Origin: Vicugna vicugna
Taxonomy: Eukaryota
NCBI GenBank assembly: GCA_013265495.1
Contig: MU058540.1
Span: 1,761,696-1,825,695, forward strand
Reading direction: 5' to 3'
DNA length: 64,000 nucleotides
Made by a program: the position numbers and the translations under genes. Numbering within the stretch: the first letter of the stretch is position 1; the number at the start of each line of letters is the position of its first letter. Shown here piece by piece: positions 1 through 43,310 of this stretch. Below the pieces are notes generated by a model. It worked only from the letters and a program-made list of their open reading frames with translations. It did not search any database and was not told the DNA's origin.

Positions 1-618
1 TATGGGTTAGCTTTTGCTCATGTGTTGAGCGCATGAGAGTTTTATCCATGAGCTCAGGTCTATAGGGATAGGGTGCTCAGTGAGCTATCTCCAACGCCTT
101 AACTGCAAGGGAGTCTGCCCTGGAGCTGGCAGTTTCAGCTGAGGGAAGGATACTTTCTTCTTGGTCTTCAATTAAAGTGTACTCAGCACTAGAAATGAAG
201 ATTGAGTCCAGAGAGGGGAATGGGGTGGGGGGACTGTGTAAGAGCTGGGAGGGTGTAACTCGGCCCGTTGTCGGAGCCGCTCTCAGTTTTTCGAGGTCCT
301 GTGTGGCTGTGTCCCGCGTATCGGGCCGTGGCGGCGGGCATGCCTGAGTGCCCGTGCGATCCGGTCCTCCCCGGCCTCCCCGACACCCTTCGCTCTCTTT
401 GTCTCCTCTCGTAAACCTGCGTGCAAACCTGCGTCGCACACGGCCCTCTTCGCGTGCGAGCGCGGGGGCGCACCCTAGCTCCCCAACTCTTTCCTCCAGG
501 CTCTCCTCTCTAGGACGAGCCGAAGCCGGGTGCTGTTTGGTCTGGAGCGGAGCGGGGCTTGCATTGATCCATTGATTGTGCGCGGTTTGCGCCTGACCTC
601 CTTGCTCCCGGGGAAGCC

Positions 619-632
619 GTCTCCATGGAGAC
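619..632. promoter_or_regulatory. RFX X-box-like perfect palindrome GTCTCCATGGAGAC
   Basis: 14-bp palindrome resembling the RFX consensus GTTGCCATGGCAAC, inside the promoter island. Confidence 0.55.
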
Positions 633-752
633 CGGGCCCGCTCCCCCAGCGCCGGATTGTAAATTCCTGCAGGCAGCGGCCCGGCAGCCTGGGGAGGGGG
701 CCGCCGCGCCCGGGCGCACAGGGGGAGCGGCGGCCGCGCCGAGGCCCCATTT

Positions 753-928
753 GAAAGAAAAAAGGGCACGAAAAAGGAGGTGGTGGTGCTGGAGGAGGAG
801 GTTGGGGGAGGAGGAAGAAAACGAAAAGGACGAGGAGAGGAGGAGAAAGAGGAGGAGAAAGGAGAAGAAAAAGAGACGGAGCCTGAGAGACGGAGAAAGA
901 GCGAGAGAAGAAGAAAGAGGCAGAAAGG
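753..928 (+). repeat. GA-rich polypurine low-complexity tract
   Basis: Nearly pure A/G (GGAGGAGAAGAAAA...) for about 175 nt. Confidence 0.85.
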
Positions 929-1133
929 GCGTGTTTCTGGCTCCGCGTTTCCCCTCCCCTTTCTCAGGTCCCTCGCTCGGGCTCTGCGCGCTCTCCGGCT
1001 GCAGCTCTCTCCCGGCGAAGCTGGGAATTGGGTGGGATTATACGGAGCAGCCCCGCCGCCGCCGCTAGCGGAGCCGGGCTTGGAGAGGGCGGGGGTTCCC
1101 CTCCGTCAGCGGCGCCGGGCGCCCCCAGCCTAG

Positions 1134-33852
<32,719 letters not shown>

Positions 33853-36800
33853 TGCCCCTAGGCCCAAGACCCAGGTTTTTAAGCCCCCAGAGCCAGCTGC
33901 CCCCACCCTCAGATAAGAGACTCTCTCCAGTCTCTCTTTTTGGAGGAAAAAAAAATCAGTGTATAGACCAAGCACTCTCCCTTTCTGTTTCTCTAGCTTC
34001 CTTTCCTTGTCTCTCTCTGCCACCCTCGTTCTCTCTCTTTACTTTCCCTTTTCCTGCATGCTCCCTGGAAAAGCCATTCCGTGCTGGCTCTATTCCCCCA
34101 ATTGGTGAAGGAATAGTATCATATCCCCCTCTTCTCCCTTCCCCAGCCACACTGCCCATTTTACCAGCTTACATCCCTGGCCCTATCTGCTTGGAAGGGT
34201 GCTAGAAGCCCACGAAGGAAGTGGGTCTAGTGGGGAATGGGGAGGGGGAAGAGGGGCTTCTGCCATTATAGGGTTGTGCCTTGCTAGTCAGGAGCCAAAA
34301 TGTCCCCTGGCTGTGCCCCCCAGGGATATTCTAACAGCCTAGGGTTCTGCCAAAGAAGCCTTTGACTTACAAGCTTAATGCCAGCACTGGTCCTCTGGGG
34401 CATGTGGCTTGAGCCCTGGACCATCCACACAGCTGGCTTTCCTGTCTATATAGCTTGTCTCCTTCTTCCCCCATGTCTGCCTGGGGTCCAATCCATGAGG
34501 GCTTACAAAAGGCCCACACCACTGGGCTAGTGGACACTGGCTGAGTAAGGAAGAACAGCAGGAATGACCATGTTGAATATGCCGCTGTTGCTCCCCAAGA
34601 CAAAGACTATCTCTGCAGGACAGAAACCAGGTTTTAAAGCATCACCAAAATAGAAAACAAACAAACAAAAAGAAAATGTATCCTCTAAAGGACTAAACTA
34701 CGGAACAATTGGAAACCAGCCTCAAACACTAATCCCTGTCCTTTCTTGTCTTCCCTGGCCCAGCCATCCCCTCACTTCCACCCAAGTGCTCCCTGGGGGA
34801 GCCCTACTCCCCTTGCTAAGTGTCGTCTTTAAACATGGCTGCTGACCAGAAGCCAGCCTGGGCCTTGCCCCAGAGTTGTCTTTCCCTTGTAGCCCCAGAT
34901 GGCTTGTGGACACCACCAAAGAGGACCCCGCTCTGCAGCCAGCCCAGAGCCACCTACCTCTGGCCCCAGGCCATGAGCAGCAAGAGGAATGTGTGCACTT
35001 GGCGAGCCTTCTGCCCACCCTGTCCACATCTAATAAGTGCAATCATTTTGTCTTTCTGTGTTGACTAGAGGGAGGGGTTTTTGTTTCTTTTTCTTCTATT
35101 AGAACAACCCTATTTATAGCTGCCCAAGAGAGAAGAGTGTATGTTTGGAGTGGAAGAAGTAAGGTTTTGAATCTCATGAGCCTTGAGTGCTGGAGCATCT
35201 GATCTGTCTCTACTTCCTCACCAGAGACACCTGATGTGTAGGACAGTAATTCTGGGGACTTGACGGAGCAGGAAGGAGAGAGACCTGTGTCTGCTAAACC
35301 AATCCTACCATCCCCATGCCTCCCTGGATTCAGCATGGACCTCAAGATTGTAGAGGCCAATGGAACTGATTAGTGATTCTCCACCCCAAGTAGGGAAAAA
35401 TCTCCATCTTCTCCCTGTCTTCATCCTGTTTTCCCCTGGTATAAACCTGGAAGAGGACCAGGACAAAACCCCTGGAGATGAGCTGACTCAGGGCCCCAAG
35501 GCCAGAGACAAGGCTGTGAGAGCCAAGAACAGGAACAGTTATCCAGGCAGGAAGTTGTTTGCCTGACCTTGGCCACTCTGCCTACCCCTACCTATTTGCC
35601 ATTTCCTCTGGGAGCTGACTTCAAGCCTAGCTTCCTCAACTACTGCTTTTCAAAAGGAAGAAGAATCAAGTACATCCCCAAGCCCAGATCCTGCACATAC
35701 TCCACCTTCAATTCACTGCCACCTGTAAAATTATTTTCCATTTACTCCTTCTAGTTCCCCCAAAGCTGTAGTCCTATTCAGTCAAAGGCTAACAATTGAC
35801 TCCTAGGGTTCATTTCTAAGTGACTGTCCCAGGCTATTGCTCCCCAGGGAGGCTCAACACTAAATAAAGGAGACTGACACCCTTCAAACAGTAGCATTCA
35901 CCAGCCAAGACAGCTCTAGGCAGTTGGTAAGTGATGTCACAGCTACATCCATTACCCAACACCATGGCCCTTGGGGGTGGAGTGTCTGGCTGCCTTTGTC
36001 TCTCTGGGTCAAAGAAGAGTCTGCTGTAGAAATATAAAATGGCTGCTTCCAAGAAGGGAAATGATCATTTAATAGAAGTGTCCACACTTCCCAGGAAATG
36101 TTACCTGCTTTAATCAATTCTGACCATCCTAATTCTCTACCAGAAGCTAGGATAACTTTCTGATTCCTCTCTCACTACCATTTTGCATCTCTCTTAGAAA
36201 GCCAGAGTGCTTCCCAATTCATGCCTTCAGGGTCTGGCTTCTTGCTTTCTTCCTTTCCTGTTACCCTATACATACACATAAACACACTTCCTCTAATAAT
36301 TTATTCCATGGTTTCTGGGGCTTGCAAATCATTTCCACAATATGGAAAGTACTGACCACCAAGCCTCTTAACTGATGTCAAGACAGATCTTGGAGAGCAG
36401 GTGAAGACCTGCTAATGTCCACCAAGTTTAATTTAGATTATCCCAAATTGGGAGTTTAGAATCCAGGCAAAGCTCCTCAAGTACATAAAGGAAGCTGGCC
36501 CTGGGGCATCGAACTAGGGATTAACTGGACTGAATAAGGAATCAACATTTAAGGACTCTCTATGCCTTTATAGGTCATACAGAAAAAGAGGTTTTTTAAC
36601 CAGTGTAGGGAAGCAGGAAAATGGCGTAAATGGGAACCCTTCGTGAACTAGCCCAAAGGCCTCTCAGCAGGATCAGGTATTTATGGGGCCATAGTACTGT
36701 GAGGCCTTATTTATCTTAGTCCAAAACCTGCCCTGATCTGAGTCTGGGAATAGGAAGCCATTTCTGCAAGGGCTTCAAGCTCCAAGGGATGCATATCAGA

Positions 36801-37790
36801 AAGGCACTTATATCTTCAGCAACATAGCAATCTCTTTTTACTTCTCTGTCTCCATCTTTCTGTATATTAGGCCAGGCCTATTCCCTAAACCTTAGGGAAC
36901 AGAGTCAGGAGAAAACTGACCAGAGCCTGGACTTGAGCTGCCCTGTCTCAGGCCTACAAATCCCTAGAGGCTGACACTGAGCTGTGACTGCTCTGACTTC
37001 CCCAGGACTGAGTCAGTTTGAGGTGGTGGAGGCTCAGATATATTGCTCAAAGTTCAGTGATACAGTCCTGGTCTTTGGCCCTAGTGAAAGTTTTCATATC
37101 TGAGAAGTGTTCTCCATATGTATGTCTGAAGTCATTCTGGAGTAGTTTAGGAGGCTGTATCTCAAAATGAAAGAAAATATTATAGAGTATTCAGACTTTT
37201 GTATTTGCTGCTTAACTTCAATATAACAGGCTCAAACTAGAGGAAGCGAGACAAAGTGTCACTGACCATAAGCAGAAAGTAATGTTAACCTGCTTGGCTT
37301 CCTTCTTAAGCACTGTAAGAGAAAAGTGGAAGCAAACAACACAAGGATATCTTTAAATCTGACTTGTCTCAAAGGTAACACACCCTGTTCTTGGCCATTA
37401 TTTGGACTAGGAAACCTTTACAAAAATATATGATAAGAGAGAATAGAATTCTCAGTTCTGTTATCAGCTTATCTAGACAACACAGATTGTAGCAGTTTGG
37501 GCAAACTGCAAACTTTATACTGTGTGATCTGAACTTAAGTTTCAGAAAATAGTCATTACCATATGGGAGGCTTTTTTTTTAATGCAGAAGAAATTTCAAA
37601 ATACTGTATTTATATCAACCTTCCACTGCTGCCAATATAGTAAGCATCTCCTACACAACAATAAACAGTAAATGATGCAGTTCATAGAATATTTTGCACT
37701 TGGGGGAAAAATGTATCTGAACTTGTAAAAAGAAATGTCTGGATTTTGTATTTTTTTTTTATTGTTAATAAAATACTAAATGAACCTCCT
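33853..37790 (+). other. SCUBE3: SCUBE3 long 3'UTR (~3.9 kb)
   Basis: Repeat-poor stretch after the stop, ending in an AU-rich block with AATAAA at 37660 and 37767 followed by pyrimidine-rich sequence; the end position is inferred. Confidence 0.7.
37767..37772 (+). terminator. Likely major SCUBE3 polyadenylation signal AATAAA
   Basis: Preceded by TGTA and a U-run (TTTTGTATTTTTTTTTT); alternative hexamers at 35863 and 37660. Confidence 0.65.
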
Positions 37791-38291
37791 CAGCCTGGCT
37801 TCTTTTCCTCTGTCTCACTAGCTTATCCCAGCACTAGAAAAAAGCTTTGAGGAGATAAAGTATCTTCTGGCTTCCAAATAGGACTTACCCCAATTTTTCA
37901 TTTATCCATCTTATTCCTAACAATTTTAGAATTTGAAAAGGCTTATTTTTCAAAGCAGTACCAAGAATTATTTCCTGAGGAGGATCTAGGAAGTGGTGGA
38001 AATTGGGTGTTGTTCCTCATCATATAGTACAGTCCCTCAAATCAGGCCAGGCCACAAGTGGCTCAGATACCTCCCTAGTTAAGATGTCCCACCTCTAGCA
38101 AAGTTCCAGCCCTGGAGGTCACCAAGGTTGTTCTTTTTATGCAGTATACTCTTGGCCACCAAACAGAATTATGAAATACAGATCATTTAGCCACTACCAC
38201 CCATTACTATATAGGTCTCGGGAAAGCAATCTCCAATCTCTTATAAATGAATAGTCTCAATTTCTAGGCTCAGAGATGATAGATAAAACTT

Positions 38292-38401
38292 TTAAAAAAT
38301 ATATTTTTGTTTTTTACTTTTTTTTTTTAATGGGGAAAGGTAATTAAATTTAAAAAAAAATTTAATGGCAGTACTGGGAATTAAACCCAGGACCTTGTGC
38401 A
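38292..38401 (-). mobile_element. 5'-truncated tRNA-derived (vic-1-like) SINE with 9-bp TSD ATAAAACTT
   Basis: ggtaatt...gtactgggaattaaacccaggaccttgtgc; TSD copies at 38283-38291 and 38402-38410. Confidence 0.75.
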
Positions 38402-39063
38402 ATAAAACTTAATTGTTGCAATTATATGATTTCCTGACATGAAATTTTATTGGATTTAATACCTACATGATATAGCCATTTAAGAAGAATAAAGAAAAGT
38501 CTACCTGATTAAAAAATATGTTGGGTTGGCCTACCAGAATCCTGAACTTCCCCTTTAGCATCTGTAAGGCAGATGGGTACATTCTATTCCACTATTACTG
38601 AGTTCCTGTTACATGCCAGGCATTGTGCATCAGGCTATCACAGCTTGATTACAATAGCCATGGTCAAGATCTGCACTCCTCATGTAAGACTGATTACAAC
38701 TGATCTTTCCACATAGATTTCCCAGCAGAAGAGAGAATCTAGTCTACCTGGTAGTTATGAGCATAAATTAATTCACTGCCATTCTATTTCATACATTAAC
38801 TTCCTGTGAGCTTGATTCAGTGTGACAAAACATGAACACCTTTGTGTGAACTGACAAAATCACGTTTCTAGAACTGCAAAGCTGAGGACCATATCCAGGA
38901 CCACTGTGAATGACAACACCAACTTGGGGCCATCTTCTCTGACCCTTCTTAACCCTCTTCTATTCCCAAAACACTAAGTCATCCACCTTCTAGGACACCT
39001 GTAATTATGTCCCAGAATAACGTATAGTCAGGGCCAGTGGAGTATAGGTCTGTCTATTTCAAG

Positions 39064-41080
39064 CAGTCTTTAAAATGGGGTACATGAAGACTTTCCAAGG
39101 AATTCTTCCCAAAGGTATATGAAGACTCTCCAAGGGGTACCTGGACAAGGAATCAATCCGAGGAGAATTTTAAGGGAATAAATTTCCAGATCCTCAACTT
39201 CCATAAGAAATCTTCCCTAAAATTAATCTGTTTGAGAGCCAGCTGGCATATTCATGCACACTCTCCATTCCACCTCCCCTTTTACCACAGTTCTTGTTCT
39301 ACATTACAAAAGAAAGGCATAGCCCTCATCTAGGCTGAATCTTGATGCCTGGATGAGGGTGTAAAAACCTGGAGAGTAGGAGGAAGGGGTTGTCTTTTCC
39401 CTTCGAAACAAAATATTCCCATTGCAGCCAGGCCTCTTATTTCATCTTATAAAATGTTTCCTATTTTCTGTCCCCTACTAGCAAAAAATGAAATTGTTTG
39501 TTAACTGCTCAATGCATTATTTCCTAATTAAAAAAAAACTTTCTTTTTAAATTAAATACATAAGAAAAATTTGATCATGAGTTCTAACAAATCTAACAAA
39601 ATTATAGTTATTTTTCTTTACATGACTCTTATTTAATTGTTCCCAAAAGTCAAACACGAGAGTTCAGCATAATACATATCTGCATTTGCCAAGGGAATAA
39701 CATGCCTTCTATCCTACTTTTCACTTAATAAAATAACTAATGTATTTAGCTAGGCATTATATGGCATTATTCTAAATTATACAATAAGAAATAGTACTAA
39801 CTTGTTTTTGAAGTCTGTATTAATATTAGATCTATATAACTTTACTCATGGCTGATTTTTAGTAATCTATTTTATAAGGTACAGTTAATAACATTTCCCA
39901 GTGATTTTTATTATATTCTTTAAAATGAATTATTAACATATTTATTTGAATTGAAGAATAAAGTCAGACTTCTTCCTGACAGAAAGTCTGATTTGAAATG
40001 AAGACTGGCTTTGCTAATTCCACAAATGGCAGGCATTTTCCATATGGAAGTGAATCTGCACTTCAATATTTTAACAAAAAGATACTGAAGACATGCAATA
40101 ATAAAAGAATTTAACCCAAAACATTGTGTTGGCAAAGAAGTATGAAAATCAATATCTGATTAACTAGGTGCCTCTGAGTGAGAAGGTAACAGATAATCAT
40201 TTTTATAAGACTGAAACTGATACTCACATGAGTAACAAATCCTTTTGCAAGTTCAGTGGTTTCCAACTCTTTGCTTTTAATAAAATTAAAGGAAGACTTT
40301 ATTTGATAGTACTTGTTAACTGTATTTGGTAATAGGACACTTTGTGATTATTGGCACATGATTTAGTAGTTCAAAGACTTGAGGTATATCGTTTGAACAA
40401 ATCTCTTCCTTTCCCAATTACTATGTGAACAGGGTTTCTCAACACTTAACGTCTATAAAAATAGATAATTGATGTTGCACTTTATCGCCTACCATTAAGT
40501 AATATTCGTCCATGACTACCTGAACTAATTGAGGAGAAACACTACATTTCTCATTATGAGATTCATTTTCAATAAAAATGACACTTTTTAGTCTTACAAG
40601 TTATAAAAATATGTAATATATTTATGTTGCTTACTAAATTTTGTACTAGTAATAACTGCAATGACAATTTGACTCAGAAGAAATTTTTTAACAAGGTCTA
40701 TGGTAACCAGTAATAAACTTATACTCATTTTTGTTGCAAAGAACCTGACAGTGATCAATGAAAGACTTTAAAGCATACAAATACACTAATCAGGATAGAG
40801 TTCTACAGGGGAAGTGAATGGAATTAGGAGTCCAAGAAGAAAGGGAACCATATAAAATTTCTGTTCAAGAGCTTGTTCGCATATTTTTAAATGGATGTTG
40901 GTGGGCATCAAGTATTTAGGGTATTTGGAGCCCACTGGATACATTTAGGAATGTTAGTTTAAAATGTCAACTTTTATGATGGAAAATTTAGTTATCAACT
41001 TAGAAATGAAGAAGGGAGTATATGTGGTTCTTTAAAATTCTTTCATGAAGTCCATTTTAAAAAATGTCTGAGGACCACTA
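39064..41080 (+). mobile_element. ~2-kb decayed hAT-Charlie/Buster-type DNA transposon with transposase remnants
   Basis: Ends CAGTCTTTAAAATGGGGTAC.../...GTCTGAGGACCACTA; internal frameshifted remnants NEDWL (~39997) and LPFP..CEQGFS (40424-40441, hAT dimerisation motif). Confidence 0.7.
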
Positions 41081-42239
41081 GCCTATATGATATATCATGG
41101 GGATGGGGCTCAAAGCTGCTAGAAACGATCTTCAATCCTCCACTCCAAAGTATCTTCCTCCCTAGTTCTCCTCAGTACCTGAAATTACCCACCATCTGAA
41201 TCTTACTACTTCAGATTCAGACACTGGTTTCCTAGAGTTTTTGTTGTGTAATGGGAGAGGTGATTAGCCAATCAGATTACGATGTGCAAAGACTGTAAGA
41301 AAGGACAGATGTATCTTTTATTATGGAAAAAGGTGGTGGGGGGTACAAACTAGGACATCTTGACTTCTATTACTTGCTCTATTTCTAACCAGAAGTTTAT
41401 GCTACAGGACAAGCTACTACTTTCTCTCTGTATCTATGTATCTGTAACTTGTCAAACTTTCACCAAAAAGGAACAGAAAGAGGGCACCTTATTAATGGTC
41501 AGGATGTTTATTTTTATACCTGAGGCACAAAAAGGATTAATTATTAACCATAAGAATGTGCCATTGTCATCACTGCCTCCCTAAACTAAGAACCTGATGA
41601 GAAGAACTCTGGCAATTGTTGTGTGAGAGCAAGTAAGATGGGGAACAGGGGATATCTAAAATTAAAAGGGAAGCTTTCTGGCTAGGCTCTTCAGACCGGG
41701 AGGAGAGGAACCTCCATTGCCTCCAATGGTATCTTTAGCTACCATAAACCCCAAACACAGTACTTTTGTAAATGTTTCTAGTTTACCAGAATACTTTCTT
41801 TAATTTTTTTTAAGTTAAAATTTGGGGGGAGGACAAGAGAGAGGAGACAAAATAAAGGAGTTAAAGTTTAAAATGACAGAGAGGGGAAAGTTTCTCACCT
41901 CATTCCTCCAAGCACCCAATTCCTCTGCTAAGAGGCAACCTTTACCAGTTTCTCATCTAACTCCTTTATTTATTTTCTTTCTTTTTTTTTAACCAAAATC
42001 TCACTCCTTTTTGTTTTCTCTTAGGTGTCTGAAAATTCCCCCAATCATACCCCTCCCTAGTGGGAGGAAGAAACTGTAAAAGTGCTTGGCTTTGTTCACC
42101 CTGAAACAAGACTACAAGAGGGAGTAGCTGGAGCTGGTTCCAAGGCTAGGCATGGGGCTGACGGGAGAATGAGAGTGAGAGAACCCAAGAGGGCCATCAG
42201 GGCGCCCTTCCTAAAGAGGCAAGTCCCTCACAGCTCCTC

Positions 42240-43310
42240 GACGTCGTCCTTTTCAGTAAGGGCCTAGTAATACCTGCAGTTGCTTCCTTCAACGGGTGGC
42301 TCGAAGATCATAGGCAGTGCCTGCAGCCTGCGCACAGGAAAGCGCTTCGGGACGGTAAGGCGCAGGTGGAAGCCTGAGGGCCCTGAGCCCCAAGAAGAGG
42401 GTCCGTAGCCCGGGTGTGGGCAATGGGTCCCGCGCGACGGCTTCTCTCACAGTCTGCCCCTCCGACCCTCCCCGGCTCCAGAAGCGCACCTTCTCGCCCG
42501 TAGGCGGCCGACAAGACGGCGCAGAGACCTCGGGGCTTCGGGCTCCTCCCCGCTCCCGCCTCAGGCCTCAGGTGGAGCGAATCCCTCCACAGGACAGGTG
42601 GCGGCTCCTCATTGCTATAGCGACGACCCGGCTCGCGAGCCGCGCCCAGGCCCTGACCGGGGCGTCGTGACGTCATCACGCCCTCCCCGGGCGCTGGGCC
42701 TCGCGGGCGGTGCGTCACCCCGGCCAACAAGGGGGGGTGGGGGGCGGGGCTCTGAGGGGCACCGTTTAGAGCCCGGCAGTTCGGGTTCAAGCGGCCCGGG
42801 AACGGGGATAAGTAGGACAGCGGCCCCGGCCACGGGGGTGCGGGGTGGAGCGTGCCCGGTATTTTCTATACCGGTTCCGGGGCCCGGTAGAGGCGCGCCG
42901 AGAGGAGAGGAAAGCGCGGCGGCCCTGGAACCTGGATATCGCGCGAGGCAAGCAGCGCGCGGGCGGGCGGGCTATGGCGCAGGCGGGTTGCGGGGCCGGC
43001 GCTCGTGGCGGGGCCCGGTGCATGGCGGTCTGTCGGCGGAGTCGCCCTCGAGGGCTGTCAGGTTGGTGGCTGCGGGAAGAGTGGGTCCACTGTGCCCAGG
43101 TGGGAGGCTGGACGGGCGCAGGACCCCGGGAAGGTCCCGAGCCCGGCGTGCCCATCCTCCTCCGGCCCTAGCTTGGTGGCTGGGCGGCTAGACGGCGGCC
43201 TGACCCCTCCCCTACCCCGGGTCCCGGCCCGCATCCCTGCCCCTCCATTCCGCCCTTCGACTCCTCCCCCTTGACTCCCAAACCCCACCCCGTGACTGCG
43301 CCCGCCTCCT
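42240..43310. promoter_or_regulatory. CpG island / ZNF76 promoter
   Basis: CpG-dense island containing a full CRE TGACGTCA (42668-42675), palindrome GCTCGCGAGC (42631-42640), X-box-like ATTGCTATAGCGAC (42611-42624) and a GC box GGGGCGGGG (~42741). Confidence 0.88.
42700..42811 (+). other. ZNF76: Candidate non-coding first exon of ZNF76
   Basis: Lies just downstream of the CRE/CGCG motifs with a weak donor ATAA|gtagga; other donors exist (e.g. ACG|gtaagg at 42355, CAG|gtggga at ~43100), so boundaries are uncertain. Confidence 0.35.
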
